The notes below the pieces were generated by a model that saw nothing but the letters and a program-made list of their open reading frames with translations, was not told where the DNA came from and did not search any database. Source: an uncultured Clostridium sp. (GTDB lineage Bacteria > Bacillota > Clostridia > Christensenellales > CAG-138). Taken from it: a DNA stretch of 64,000 nucleotides. The translations under genes and the position numbers were made by a program. Below are positions 44,953-55,800 of this stretch, piece after piece. Every line of letters begins with the position of its first letter. Position 1 is the stretch's first letter. The stretch spans positions 3,131 through 67,130 of the forward strand of contig CAYMPG010000006.1 of NCBI GenBank assembly GCA_964392455.1, read 5' to 3'.

Positions 44953-45716
44953 TGAGCTACGAGGTAAAGCTTTCCCGCTTTGAGGGGCCGCTGGATCTGC
45001 TGCTGCATCTTATAGAGCAGGCAGAGGTGGACATAAAGGATATATTCATTTCCGAGATAACCTCACAGTATCTCGTGTATATGGATCAGATAGACCAGCT
45101 GGATATGGATACCGCCAGCGAGTTTATTACCATGGCCGCAACCCTTGTATACATAAAATCCCGCTCACTCTTGCCACGTCCTCCCAAGGAAACCACCGAG
45201 GAGGAGGAAGACCCGGCAGAGGCCCTCATACGTCAATTGAGAGAGTATCGTGCCGCAAAGGAGGCAGGGGAAAAGCTTGCGGAGCTTTTAAAGGATGCCA
45301 GCGGCGTATACACAAAGCTGCCTGAAGAATTTGTGCTGCCCCCCCAGGAGATAAACTGGGAGGAATCCTCCACACAGAGCCTGCTCATAGCCTTTGCAGA
45401 GCTTATGGACAGGCGGCGCATGGAGCAGGAGTCCAAGATAGACAGGCAGGAGGTGGTGAATGACGAATTCACCATACGCCGCCAGCTCGTAAAGATAAGG
45501 GAAAGGCTGAGGGCAGAAAATACCCTCCGCTTTGAGGCACTGTTTGACAGTGATGCGGGCAAGATAGAAATGATAGTCACCTTCATGTCTCTGCTGGATA
45601 TGCTTATGCGTGGCGAGGTGACAATAAAGCAGGCCGGGCCGTATCAGCCCATCAGCATAACCGCTCTCAATATAAGAGAGGACGATGAGGATGCTGAGTA
45701 CATGGATGAGCAGTAA
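44952..45716 (+). CDS. scpA: Segregation and condensation protein A
   Basis: KLSRFEGPLDLLLHLIEQAEVDIKDIFISEITSQYL. Confidence 0.9.
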   Translation: MSYEVKLSRFEGPLDLLLHLIEQAEVDIKDIFISEITSQYLVYMDQIDQLDMDTASEFITMAATLVYIKSRSLLPRPPKETTEEEEDPAEALIRQLREYRAAKEAGEKLAELLKDASGVYTKLPEEFVLPPQEINWEESSTQSLLIAFAELMDRRRMEQESKIDRQEVVNDEFTIRRQLVKIRERLRAENTLRFEALFDSDAGKIEMIVTFMSLLDMLMRGEVTIKQAGPYQPISITALNIREDDEDAEYMDEQ

Positions 45717-45728
45717 GGAAGAAAGTCA

Positions 45729-46274
45729 ATGCAGGATGAACGCTTTTCAGCAATAGAGTGCATATTATTTGTATCCGGAGAGCCGGTATCGCTGGTGCAG
45801 CTCCAGCGGGCGCTGGATATGACCGGCATAGAGATGAATGCAGTCATTCGCCAGATGGAGGAGCTGTATCGCACAGAGGAGCGGGGTGTACAGCTATATA
45901 TTACGGATGATACCGTTCAGCTGGTGTCAAACCGCAAGTATGCAGGCTATGTGGAGGAGCTGCTTCAGCCTGCCCAGACCAAGAGCTTTTCCCAGGCCAT
46001 GCTGGAAACTCTCTCAATAATAGCTTACCGCCAGCCGGTCACCCGCTCGGATATAGAGGCGGTGCGTGGGGTAAGGTGCGATTATTCTGTGAGCCAGCTT
46101 CTAAAGCTGGGGCTCATACAGGAAATGGGCCGCAGGGATTCCGTTGGCCGCCCCATGACATTTGGCACCACGGATGCATTCCTTCGCCAATTTGGCATAC
46201 ATTCTATCGAGGAGCTGCCGGAATATGGCGCCTTTGCACAGGATGAGCCGGAGGAGCCGCCTGCCCAATCATAA
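45729..46274 (+). CDS. scpB: Segregation and condensation protein B
   Basis: IECILFVSGEPVSL..L.......LSQAMLETLSIIAYRQPVTRSDIEAVRGV......L..L....GR.....GRPMTFGTTD.FL..FG. Confidence 0.9.
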   Translation: MQDERFSAIECILFVSGEPVSLVQLQRALDMTGIEMNAVIRQMEELYRTEERGVQLYITDDTVQLVSNRKYAGYVEELLQPAQTKSFSQAMLETLSIIAYRQPVTRSDIEAVRGVRCDYSVSQLLKLGLIQEMGRRDSVGRPMTFGTTDAFLRQFGIHSIEELPEYGAFAQDEPEEPPAQS

Positions 46275-46304
46275 AAATGCCATATCCTTCAAATAATAAG
46301 GGCT

Positions 46305-46850
46305 ATGATTATCATGGCTCTTTTTGTTTTTATATTTTTGCTGATGCTGCTGGCGGGCATACGGCTGAGCTTCTATCTGAGCGCAGGGCTGAAGCAGGCC
46401 AGGCTGCGGGTGGAGGTCGGCTTGCTCTTTGGCGTGATAAGGATAAATGCCAATGTTACAGCCTGCTGGTTTCCGCTGGCACTGTATATAAACGGTAAGC
46501 CGCAGCCCATGCAAAAAAAGAAGCGCGGGCGCAAGGCGTTGCCTATGGGGAGCATTATGGATGGGGTAAGGCTGGTGGAGGTAAAAGCCGAGCTTGGCGC
46601 AGGAATAAAGGATGACGGGGCAAAAAGCGTATTGCTTGCGGGTATACTGAGGGAGGCGATATGGGAGGCAGGGGCTTTACTTAAAGCTGAAAGGCTGAGC
46701 GTATCCGCAAGGCCGGTATTTACCCACGGCACATTCTGGATGGAATTGGAAGGCATAGCGAGGATTTATCCTGTGCAGATTATCCATGGAGCCATAGGGC
46801 GGAAAATATCCAAAATGCGGAAGGAGAAACTGCACAATGCATCCTGTTGA
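46305..46850 (+). CDS. DUF2953-like (YtfI-like) sporulation-associated membrane protein
   Basis: N-terminal TM helix. It sits immediately upstream of, and overlaps, ytfJ, as ytfI does in B. subtilis. The family call rests mainly on synteny. Confidence 0.5.
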   Translation: MIIMALFVFIFLLMLLAGIRLSFYLSAGLKQARLRVEVGLLFGVIRINANVTACWFPLALYINGKPQPMQKKKRGRKALPMGSIMDGVRLVEVKAELGAGIKDDGAKSVLLAGILREAIWEAGALLKAERLSVSARPVFTHGTFWMELEGIARIYPVQIIHGAIGRKISKMRKEKLHNASC

Positions 46851-47289
46851 AAACATAATGAAAACCACCATGGAGCAGCTCAAGGCCATGGCAGATGTAA
46901 ACACCATAGTGGGCAGCCCAATATTGACCGGCACAGAGACCATGATACTGCCCGTATCCAAGCTGTCCATGGGATTTATATCCGGCGGGGGAGAGTATGG
47001 CGCAGAAAAGAAGCTGACGCCTCTGCAAAGGTGTGCCGAGGAGATGAGCGAAGGTGGGTGCTATCCCTTTGCCGGAGCTGCCGTGGCGGGGATGACGATA
47101 ACGCCACTTGCGTTTTTGTCGGTAAATAATGGATGCGTCAAGGTGATGCCAGCAGATTACGATACCACATTTGATAGAGCAGTGGAGATACTGCCGGAGC
47201 TTATCGGCACGGTGGAGCAGGCCATAAAGAGCAGCGTAAACAGCTGCAAGTGCAATGCCGAGAAAAGCGGCGAAGGCAGCGCCCAATGA
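46837..47289 (+). CDS. ytfJ: GerW/YtfJ family sporulation protein
   Basis: TMEQLKAMADVNTIVGSPILTGTETMILPVSKLSMGFISGGGEYG...GAAVAGMTITPLAFLSV. Confidence 0.8.
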   Translation: MHPVENIMKTTMEQLKAMADVNTIVGSPILTGTETMILPVSKLSMGFISGGGEYGAEKKLTPLQRCAEEMSEGGCYPFAGAAVAGMTITPLAFLSVNNGCVKVMPADYDTTFDRAVEILPELIGTVEQAIKSSVNSCKCNAEKSGEGSAQ

Positions 47290-48398
47290 TACGGCGTAGC
47301 AAATGGCTGCCATGGCTGCTGGGGGCGGTGATGGCGCTGTATCCTGTGGAGGGTTATGGATTGGATACGTCTGCCCGCAGCGCCATACTGATAGAAGCGG
47401 ATACCGGCAAGGTGCTGTATGCGGAAAATGCCCACGAGCGGCTGCCAATGGCCAGCACTACCAAAATAATGACCGGGCTCATTGGGCTGGAGCAGGGCGA
47501 TGTAAATGAGCTGGTCACTGTGGATGCCAGCGCATATGGCACTGAGGGCTCCAGCATATATCTGCGCCTTGAGGAGGAAATATCCCTTAAGGATCTGCTG
47601 TATGGGCTTATGCTGTCATCCGGCAATGATGCGGCTGTGGCGATAGCGGTGCATATAGGAGGCGGCACCCAGGCCTTTGCGGAAATTATGAATAAGCGGG
47701 CGGCGGAGCTTGGTGCATATAGTACAAACTTTGTAACTCCGAACGGCCTCCATGACGAGCAGCACTATACCACGGCCTATGACCTTGCAAGAATAGCTGC
47801 CGCTGCCATGAAAAACGATACCTTCCGCCAGATTGTTTCCACTGAATACTATCGGGCGGAGACCGGGGCCATCGCCCGCACCTTCAAGAACAAAAACCGC
47901 ATACTCTGGGAGTATCCGGGCGGAACCGGCATAAAGACAGGCTACACAAAGGCGGCGGGCAGATGCCTTGTATTTTCTGCCGAGCGGGATGGCATGGAGC
48001 TGATAGGCGTGGTGCTGAACTGCCCCAATATGTTTGAGGATGCTACGGCCATGCTGAACTATGGCTTTGACGAATATGAGATCGTTACCATGGTAAAAGC
48101 GGGAACGACGGTGGCCAGGGTGGCCGTATCCGGCGGCGAAAAAAGCCTATTGGAACTTACCCCGGCCCGGGATATAATAGTACCTGTAAAAAAGGATGGC
48201 TCGGCCTGCTACAGAACATGGGTAGTGACGGATGAAAGCATAGCTGCCCCTGTGTACAAGGGGGATATTCTGGGATATGTGGAAATACTGGATGGCGATG
48301 GGCTGCTGCTGAGGCGGGAGCTGGTCGCAGCAGAGGATATACCGGATGCGGGCCTTGAATATTACTTTGGCAGAATAATCAAGCGATTTGCCGCATAA
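47286..48398 (+). CDS. D-alanyl-D-alanine carboxypeptidase (S11), catalytically intact
   Basis: ATG at 47286 (ATGA overlap with ytfJ). Signal peptide present. SxxK (MASTTKIMT), SxN (LSSGNDAA) and KTG (GIKTGYT) are all present. Confidence 0.85.
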   Translation: MIRRSKWLPWLLGAVMALYPVEGYGLDTSARSAILIEADTGKVLYAENAHERLPMASTTKIMTGLIGLEQGDVNELVTVDASAYGTEGSSIYLRLEEEISLKDLLYGLMLSSGNDAAVAIAVHIGGGTQAFAEIMNKRAAELGAYSTNFVTPNGLHDEQHYTTAYDLARIAAAAMKNDTFRQIVSTEYYRAETGAIARTFKNKNRILWEYPGGTGIKTGYTKAAGRCLVFSAERDGMELIGVVLNCPNMFEDATAMLNYGFDEYEIVTMVKAGTTVARVAVSGGEKSLLELTPARDIIVPVKKDGSACYRTWVVTDESIAAPVYKGDILGYVEILDGDGLLLRRELVAAEDIPDAGLEYYFGRIIKRFAA

Positions 48399-48428
48399 AT
48401 AATATGCGGCCGTGGGGGAAAAAGAAAA

Positions 48429-49136
48429 ATGCGTTTACAGAAATTCATGGCGGATGCCGGCGTGGCGTCCCGAAGAAAATGTGAGGAATTCATAGGCCAG
48501 GGGCGGGTAAAGGTAAATGGCGAAACTGCCGTGCTTGGCTGCAAGGTGGAGCTGGGAGACAGGGTGGAGCTGGATGGAAAGCTCCTTACCGCCCAGGATG
48601 AGCGTGTAGTGATAATGCTGAATAAGCCCCAGGGCGTGGTATGCACATGCAGCGATCCGGAGGGCAGAAAGACGGTAATAGACTATGTAAGCGGCCTGCC
48701 CTACAGGCTGTATAATGTGGGCCGGCTGGATTATGATTCTGAGGGGCTCATACTTCTTACAAATGACGGGGCCCTTGCATACCGCATGACTCACCCAAAG
48801 TTTGAAATGGAAAAGACCTACCATGTGGTGTGCAGCGGAACTGTTACCGAGAGGGATATAGCCCGCCTGCAATGTGGCATAACGCTGGATGACGGGGCAA
48901 CATCCCCGGCAAATGTAGCGGATATCGTCATACGCAAAGACGGCAAAAGCGAGCTGAATATCACCATCCACGAAGGACGCAACAGGCAGGTGCGCCGCAT
49001 GATGGCGGCGGTGGGCAAGGACACGCTGCTGCTAAGGCGCATCAAGGAGGGGCCGCTGGAGCTTGGCGGGCTGAAGCTGGGCAGCTGGCGATACCTTACA
49101 GAGGATGAAATAAAGGCCCTGGATACGGTCGAATGA
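48429..49136 (+). CDS. rluB: 23S rRNA pseudouridine synthase (RluB/RsuA family)
   Basis: S4 domain MRLQKFMADAGVASRRKCEEFIGQGRVKVNG and the catalytic block YNVGRLDYDSEGLILLTNDG. Confidence 0.85.
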   Translation: MRLQKFMADAGVASRRKCEEFIGQGRVKVNGETAVLGCKVELGDRVELDGKLLTAQDERVVIMLNKPQGVVCTCSDPEGRKTVIDYVSGLPYRLYNVGRLDYDSEGLILLTNDGALAYRMTHPKFEMEKTYHVVCSGTVTERDIARLQCGITLDDGATSPANVADIVIRKDGKSELNITIHEGRNRQVRRMMAAVGKDTLLLRRIKEGPLELGGLKLGSWRYLTEDEIKALDTVE

Positions 49137-49352
49137 CCGGCCAGGGCTTTGCTATAAGCATAGCTAATGCAATATCGTTTAATTAGTGTCAATGGTTATC
49201 GGTAGCCCATTTCATATTGCCAAGTTTGAGATATTAATGTACAATTATACAAAAATGGGGGAGAGTTGATGCAGGTACATTGGCTTCCCTCAAATATAAG
49301 CCGGCATTATGGCTTTTATATTATTAATCACATCTCTTGGTATCGATAAATC

Positions 49353-49655
49353 ATGAAGGGAGGAACACCTAAATTGACGAACGTTAGCCCCGTATTCGTA
49401 TTCCTGCTCGGTATGGTAACAGTGTTTGTTGGCCTGTTTTGCCTTATATTGCTTATCAGGCTTATGAGCAAGGTTCTGGGCGCTGGGAAGGACACGGCTG
49501 CACAGCCTGCACCCGCAGCGGCAGCTCCCGCAAAGACGGCTGCTCCTGAAGTGGCGGATCGCAAGGCGTTTGATGCAGCAATAGCCGCAGCTATTGCCAC
49601 CTACATGGGCGGCGAACCTCAGGGTCTCAGGATCCGCAGTATCAAAAAAATCTAA
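49353..49655 (+). CDS. oadG: OadG-family small subunit of a Na+-translocating decarboxylase
   Basis: A single TM helix (VFVFLLGMVTVFVGLFCLILLIRLM) is followed by an Ala/Pro-rich tail. An alternative TTG start at 49374 lies 8 nt after GGGAGGA. Confidence 0.7.
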   Translation: MKGGTPKLTNVSPVFVFLLGMVTVFVGLFCLILLIRLMSKVLGAGKDTAAQPAPAAAAPAKTAAPEVADRKAFDAAIAAAIATYMGGEPQGLRIRSIKKI

Positions 49656-49689
49656 AAACACTGATTGAATATTTATGGAGGATGTTACA

Positions 49690-50064
49690 ATGCGTAAGTT
49701 TCATGTAAACGTAAATGGCACTTCTTACGAGGTTGAAGTAGAAGAAATCGCCGCAGGCGCTGCTCCCGTAGCTTCCGCAGCTCCCGTTGCAGCTCCCGCT
49801 CCCGCCGCTGCCCCCGTTGCAGCTCCTGCGCCTGCTGCGGCCCCCGCAGGCGCTACCAGCGTAGCCGCTCCCATGCCCGGCAACATAATCGATGTTAAGG
49901 TAAACGTGGGCGACGTGGTAAAGGAAGATACCATCGTTGTGCTGCTTGAGGCCATGAAGATGGAAAACGAGATTTTTGCCGGCGTAAACGGCAGGGTAAC
50001 TGCTGTAAACGTAACCAAGGGCGCTACCGTAAACTCCGGAGACGTTCTGGTAGTTATCGGCTAA
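49690..50064 (+). CDS. Biotin carboxyl carrier subunit (biotinyl domain)
   Basis: ATG at 49690 follows GGAGGA. An Ala/Pro linker is followed by the biotinylation motif LEAMKMENEI. Confidence 0.85.
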   Translation: MRKFHVNVNGTSYEVEVEEIAAGAAPVASAAPVAAPAPAAAPVAAPAPAAAPAGATSVAAPMPGNIIDVKVNVGDVVKEDTIVVLLEAMKMENEIFAGVNGRVTAVNVTKGATVNSGDVLVVIG

Positions 50065-50109
50065 TCTCCTTTGCGTGAAAGCATAAAAACAAGCGAAAGG
50101 AGAGAATAG

Positions 50110-51309
50110 ATGAGTTATATCGAGCCTATTAAGGAATTCCTGAGCACTACGGGCTTCAGCCAGCTTGTGCAGGAACCCGGATACATCATCATGCTGCTGG
50201 TTGCCTGCTTCCTGCTGTACCTGGCAATAGTAAAGGGCTTTGAGCCTCTGCTGCTGGTGCCTATCGCATTCGGTATGCTGCTGACCAATCTGCCCGGCGC
50301 AGAAATGTTCCACAGCGCCTTCTATGAGGGAGGCCAGGTGGACTGGGCCGCATTTAAAGAGGGCGCAGGTCTTATAGACTACCTATATTTGGGCGTAAAG
50401 CTGGGCATTTACCCATCCCTCATATTCATGGGCGTGGGCGCTATGACGGACTTTGGCCCCATGATCGCCAATCCAAGCAGCCTGCTGCTTGGCGCAGCCG
50501 CTCAGCTTGGCATATTTATGGCATTCTTTGGCGCTCTGGGCCTTACCGAGCTTTTCCCCCAGTACATTCAGTTTGGCAACAATGAGGCTGCCTCTATCGG
50601 CATCATTGGCGGTGCAGATGGCCCTACTGCCATATACGTTACCTCCAAACTTGCTCCTGCACTGCTTGGCCCAATAGCGGTAGCTGCATATTCATATATG
50701 GCGCTGGTGCCTGTAATACAGCCCCCCATTATGAAGCTGCTGACCACGAAGAAGGAGCGCATGGTCGTGATGGAGCAGCTCAGGCCGGTATCCAAGAAGG
50801 AGAAGATTGTCTTCCCCATCATGTGCACCATCTTTGTTTCCCTGCTGCTGCCCTCTGCGGCACCCCTTATCGGCCTGCTTATGCTGGGCAATCTCTTTAA
50901 GGAGTGCGGCGTTACCGATCGTCTCTGCAAGACTGCTCAGAATGAGCTGATGAATATCGTTACCATATTCCTTGGCATCTCCGTTGGCGCCACTGCCACG
51001 GCCGAGGTGTTCCTTGAGCCCCAGACTCTGGGTATCCTGGTAATGGGCGTATGCGCCTTTGGCTTTGGTACCGCAGGCGGCGTACTGCTTGGCAAGCTCA
51101 TGTATGTGCTTTCCGGCGGCAAGGTCAACCCCCTCATCGGTTCCGCAGGCGTTTCTGCTGTGCCTATGGCGGCCCGTGTATCTCAGATAGTTGGTCAGAA
51201 GGAGAATCCCAAGAACTTCCTGCTCATGCACGCTATGGGCCCCAATGTGGCAGGCGTTATCGGCTCCGCTATAGCAGCCGGCGTATTCCTTGCCCTGTTC
51301 CAGCACTAG
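50110..51309 (+). CDS. oadB: Na+-translocating decarboxylase beta subunit
   Basis: 399-aa polytopic protein with family-typical blocks [29 protein letters not shown] and [13 protein letters not shown]. Confidence 0.9.
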   Translation: MSYIEPIKEFLSTTGFSQLVQEPGYIIMLLVACFLLYLAIVKGFEPLLLVPIAFGMLLTNLPGAEMFHSAFYEGGQVDWAAFKEGAGLIDYLYLGVKLGIYPSLIFMGVGAMTDFGPMIANPSSLLLGAAAQLGIFMAFFGALGLTELFPQYIQFGNNEAASIGIIGGADGPTAIYVTSKLAPALLGPIAVAAYSYMALVPVIQPPIMKLLTTKKERMVVMEQLRPVSKKEKIVFPIMCTIFVSLLLPSAAPLIGLLMLGNLFKECGVTDRLCKTAQNELMNIVTIFLGISVGATATAEVFLEPQTLGILVMGVCAFGFGTAGGVLLGKLMYVLSGGKVNPLIGSAGVSAVPMAARVSQIVGQKENPKNFLLMHAMGPNVAGVIGSAIAAGVFLALFQH

Positions 51310-51321
51310 GAGGATTGACCT

Positions 51322-52755
51322 ATGGCTAAAAATTTGATGATAACCGATACCATACTGCGTGATGCACACCAGTCCCAGGCTGCCACCCGTATGAGGGTGG
51401 AGGATATGCTTCCTGCCTGCGAAATACTGGACAGCATCGGCTACTATTCCCTGGAGTGCTGGGGCGGCGCCACCTTTGACAGCTGCCTCCGCTTCCTCAA
51501 TGAGGATCCCTGGGATAGGCTTCGCAAGCTGAAGAAGGCTCTGCCCAATACCAAGCTGCAGATGCTTTTCCGTGGCCAGAACATTCTGGGCTACAAGCAT
51601 TATGCGGATGACGTGGTAGAGCAGTTCTGTCGCAAGGCCATCGAAAACGGCATTGATGTGGTGCGTATATTTGACGCCCTCAATGACATCCGCAATCTCG
51701 AGGCCGCCATAAAGTATACCAAAAAGTACGGCGGCATCTGCGAGCCCGCCATCAGCTATACCATAAGCCCCGTGCACAATGAGGATTATTTCGTAAAGCT
51801 GGCCAAGGAGCTTGTGCAGATGGGTGCAGATAATATCTGCATTAAGGACATGGCAAACCTGCTGCTGCCCTACGATGCATATTCTCTCATCAAGCGCCTT
51901 AAGGAAGAAGTGGATGTGCCTATCCATCTCCACACCCACAATACCACCGGCACCGGCGATATGACCTACCTTATGGCCATGCAGGCCGGAGTAGACATTG
52001 TGGACTGCGCCCTGTCTCCCCTTGCAAACGGTACCTCCCAGCCTGCCACTGAGGCGCTGGTAGCTACCCTTAAGGGCACCGAGCACGATACCGGCTATGA
52101 CCTTGAAAAGCTGGCCGAGGCTGCAAAGCACTTCCGTGGCGTGGCTGCAAAACTCAAGAGCGAGGGCAGCCTGGATCCCAAGGTGCTCAATGTGGATACC
52201 AATACTCTGGTATATCAGGTTCCCGGCGGTATGCTTTCAAACCTTATCAGTCAGCTTAAGCAGGCAAATAAGGAAGAGAAGTACTACGACGTGCTGGCAG
52301 AGATACCTGTTGTCCGCAAGGACTTTGGCTATCCTCCCCTGGTAACTCCTACCAGCCAGATAGTGGGCACTCAGGCCGTATTCAATGTGCTGATGGGCCG
52401 CTATAAGACCTTTACCAAGGAATCCAAGGCAGTACTTTCCGGCGAATATGGCGCACTGCCCGGCCCGGTAAATGAAGAAGTACGCCGCATGGCCATTGGC
52501 GATAAGCAGCCCATAACCTGCCGCCCTGCCGATCTGCTTACCCCTGAGCTGGATAAGTACGAGAAGGAGGTAAAGGAGCTGGGTTACTATGAGCAGGAGG
52601 AGGACGTGCTGAGCTATGCACTGTTCCCCCAGGTGGCACAGAAGTTTTTCGAGGCTCGCAAGGCAGCCAAGGAAGCTCCCGCTGCAGCCCCTGCCGCAGC
52701 CCCTGCGGACCCCAATAAGGTATACGACCTGTATGTTGAGGACGTTACCCTGTAA
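51322..52755 (+). CDS. oadA: Oxaloacetate decarboxylase alpha-type carboxyltransferase (5S/PycB-like), without biotinyl domain
   Basis: ITDTILRDAHQSQAATRMR, HLHTHNTTGTG. It ends in an Ala/Pro linker (AAKEAPAAAPAAAPADP) plus about 15 residues. No AMKM motif. Confidence 0.85.
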   Translation: MAKNLMITDTILRDAHQSQAATRMRVEDMLPACEILDSIGYYSLECWGGATFDSCLRFLNEDPWDRLRKLKKALPNTKLQMLFRGQNILGYKHYADDVVEQFCRKAIENGIDVVRIFDALNDIRNLEAAIKYTKKYGGICEPAISYTISPVHNEDYFVKLAKELVQMGADNICIKDMANLLLPYDAYSLIKRLKEEVDVPIHLHTHNTTGTGDMTYLMAMQAGVDIVDCALSPLANGTSQPATEALVATLKGTEHDTGYDLEKLAEAAKHFRGVAAKLKSEGSLDPKVLNVDTNTLVYQVPGGMLSNLISQLKQANKEEKYYDVLAEIPVVRKDFGYPPLVTPTSQIVGTQAVFNVLMGRYKTFTKESKAVLSGEYGALPGPVNEEVRRMAIGDKQPITCRPADLLTPELDKYEKEVKELGYYEQEEDVLSYALFPQVAQKFFEARKAAKEAPAAAPAAAPADPNKVYDLYVEDVTL

Positions 52756-52772
52756 TACAATACAGTAACTTA

Positions 52773-52815
52773 AGAGCGGACGGCTTATAGCCGTCCGCTC
52801 TTTGTGTATTTTTTT
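52773..52815. terminator. Bidirectional intrinsic terminator (oadA / cotH)
   Basis: AGAGCGGACGGC-TTAT-(A)GCCGTCCGCTCT followed by TTGTGTATTTTTTT. Confidence 0.75.
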
Positions 52816-52826
52816 AAAATGAAGTA

Positions 52827-55800
52827 TCAGGCTTGAGCATCTGCCGCTGATGCAGTGGCCTTTGTTTTCCATTCTTCCATCTGGGCATCGGTAAAGCCAA
52901 ATTCTTTTTGCAGATAGGATAGGGCGTAGCTTTGCCGCTTTTCAAGGCAGGCTCTCAGCTCGCTTACGTTGCTCTTCCATTGGGACAGGCTGGAAGGAGT
53001 GCCCCAGCGCTTGATGTGGCGCTCCATCTCGGGCTCCATTTCGCTTACCATCTGGTCAAGTATACCGATAACACGCTCGGGATTGAAGTAATTCAGCGCA
53101 ACGTATACGTACCTTTCACCAAAGGCCTGGCACCAGCTCTGGTTTTTCCTCAGCCCCACATACAGGTCCATATTGGTGATGGAGCCATCACGGGAGGGGA
53201 TACCTTCTGCGTTAAAATAGCTGGGCAGTATATTGCGGGTGGGGCTGGAGGCGCTCAGCGCAAGGTCGAGGTCGTAATACACTGGCCGCCACTTTATGCT
53301 GTAATCTTCGGTGCGCCAATATTTCTGGTTAAACATATCGCCATTTGCAAAGTAGCTTTGGGCAATGAGGTAATCCATAAAGTAATCCACATCTACCCAC
53401 TGGCAGAATTCCTCATACTTTGAATCCGATGAGGTGTCCACCTCCAGGCCGTATTTGCGTACCCGGTAAAAATCGGTTCGTGTGCCGGCAAGGGGAGTCT
53501 CATTGCGGCGGATGATATTTACCGCATCCGGGTCTGCTCCGTAGTGGGTGGCCAGGTAATCCTCGTTCTGGTTTTCATTCAGGTCGTAAAGCCCCCAGTA
53601 CTGGCCGTTTATGTACACTATTACAGGGCGGGTCTGTATATAATCAAGGTTGAGCCCTGCAACGCATTTGCTGAAGAAGGAATCCCTGAGCCTTGCCTTT
53701 GAGGCATCCTGGCCGGAGTTTCTTACGGCAAGGGAGGTGTATTCGCTGACGTTATTACCGGGGAAGAACTGATAGCTGCTGGAGATCTGCCCGCAGCCGC
53801 CTCTTAGAAAAATCGAGAGAGATTTCTGCTTCATGGTAAGGGTGGAAGCGCCGTTTACACGGAGCCCGCAGGGAAATTGAGTGCCAAGCAGGCCATCGGC
53901 CTCGTAGTATTCGCAGAAGCCCTCACGCTCAATCTTCTGCCAGCGGTCGGTCACGGAGTATACCTCATCAAATGAGGCACTGTCTATGGAAAGGCACACT
54001 ACAGGCAGTGTATGGGGCTCCTCAAAGAGAAAGGTCGCAGCGGCAGTATCACTTTGCAAAAGGTCGTCTGCAACGGCTATGGCCTTGACAACAGTATTTT
54101 TTGATATGGTCAGAGGGCCTGTATACAGCGAAGAATCCACTGTGGGCTTGCTGCCGTCAGTGGTGTAATATATCCTGACGCCGGGGGAGAGGGAGGATAT
54201 GGAAAGCTGGAAGGAATCCTTGTGATAAAGGCTGTTATCCGAAAACACAGGGGATGAGGTAAAGCCGGAATATACCGTGGAAGAGTTTTTGCTGCCCTTG
54301 GTTGGAGAGGCAAAAAACACACGGGTCATATCATCCTCTGTGCGGCCTGAGGTGACTCCAAGGCGCAGGGCACCAGTTTCAAAGATGTCCTTTATGTTTC
54401 CATCCTCGTCTGTAAGGATAAGGGTATCCCCGGAAGCGGATATATTAAAGGGCGCCGAAACGCCCGAAGTTGATGAGGTGGATGCGGATATTGAAGCATA
54501 TTCTCCGGATGACAGCCGAAAGGATGGGAATGTGAATTTGTACATATCATTCGGGTCATCCGTAAGATGCCAGCCTTCAAGGTTTATAGTATCGCCTGAG
54601 GAATTATGCAGCTCTATCCAGTCCGTACCGCTGCTCTTTGCAGCCTTTACCGCAGAGACCTCGCTGATGTATACGGAGGAGGTCCTGGCGACTGATGCAT
54701 CTGCTGCGCTGGCAAAGGGATGGGTAGTATTGGGCCCGCCCGGTGTGGGGCTGGAGTAGAAATAATACTGGCCATCCGAGCCTGCTCCATAGGAAACGTT
54801 ATCGCCAATGGCTGGATCCAGCTCAATGATATCATAGGTCATAGTGGCGGTATCAGTGAGCATGAGCTGGTTTTCGGAGCGGGAAAGGGTAAAGGAGGTA
54901 TGCAGCTCCCCATCGGAGGTTTCGTTGCCTGAGAGAAATACCACCTTGTATTCGCCGGGCTCAATATTCACCTCCGGGAAACGCCACTTAAAGGGGTTAT
55001 CCGGGTCATCGGACAGGCAGTAGCCGCTAAGGGATACTGTGTCTCCTGAGGAATTGTACAGCTCCACCCAGGGAGAGCGGTCACCATAAAAGTCCCGTAT
55101 GCTGTATTCGTTGAATTTTAGCAGCTCATTTATTCGTACCGGCGCGCCTGCATCCATTGACCCAAGGGACAGGGAGGCAAAGGTGACGGCAGAATTATCT
55201 TCCGCAGGGGTGGGGGAGGCAGTATATGTATCCGAAGCCACTATGGATATGCCGGGATAAACTGGATTTGTCCAGTTTATCATGGAGATGACGCTGCCTG
55301 TGCCATTTGAAAGGGCAAGAACGCTATCGGCGCTGCCAAGGCGGAAGGAAGCGTGCATTTCGCCGCTATCTATGGAATCTTCGCCGGAAAGGTATACTAT
55401 GGCATACTGGCCCGGATCGATGGTGGCGGAAGGAAATCTCCACTTTGAGGGCTCCGCTATGGAATCCGAAAGGAAGTAATCGGAAAGCAGCACGCTGCTA
55501 TCTGAAATATTCTTTATTTCAGCCCAGGAGTAATAGCTGCCGTCGGCAGACTGAAGGGTGGAGGAATTTTTGGGCATCACCTCGGTAATGGCGAGGGCGC
55601 TGCCGGATGCCCCTTCTGTAACCGTATCAGCAGAGGAAAGGAAAATATCAGTGCTGTTTTGTGCATTGGGTGTGGGGGCGCTGCAATAGCCGTAGCTGCC
55701 ATCGGCAGCACGGGCATAGGAAACATCGCTTGCAAGCTCAGGCACCTCAAGCTGCTGGATAACATTGTAGTATGGATCCACAAGGTAAAGCAGCTCTCCG

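Noticed and set aside
49470-49870. GC-rich repetitive DNA (GCAGCTCCCG / GCTGCCCCCG-type units) that could be mistaken for a repeat array
   Set aside because: It is in frame and encodes the Ala/Pro-rich flexible linkers of OadG and the biotin carrier (AAPVAAPAPAAAP). It has no spacer-repeat periodicity and is not CRISPR-like.
50692-52131. Long antisense ORFs opposite well-supported genes: 479 aa here, also 16342..17331, 24182..25204, 7295..8005, 11637..12386, 26998..27885, 62276..62902 and 30543..31346
   Set aside because: These are typical shadow ORFs of GC-rich coding DNA. Their compositions are low-complexity and His/Arg/Gly/Ala-rich. They have no SD and no family motifs, and each is fully covered by a confidently identified gene on the other strand.
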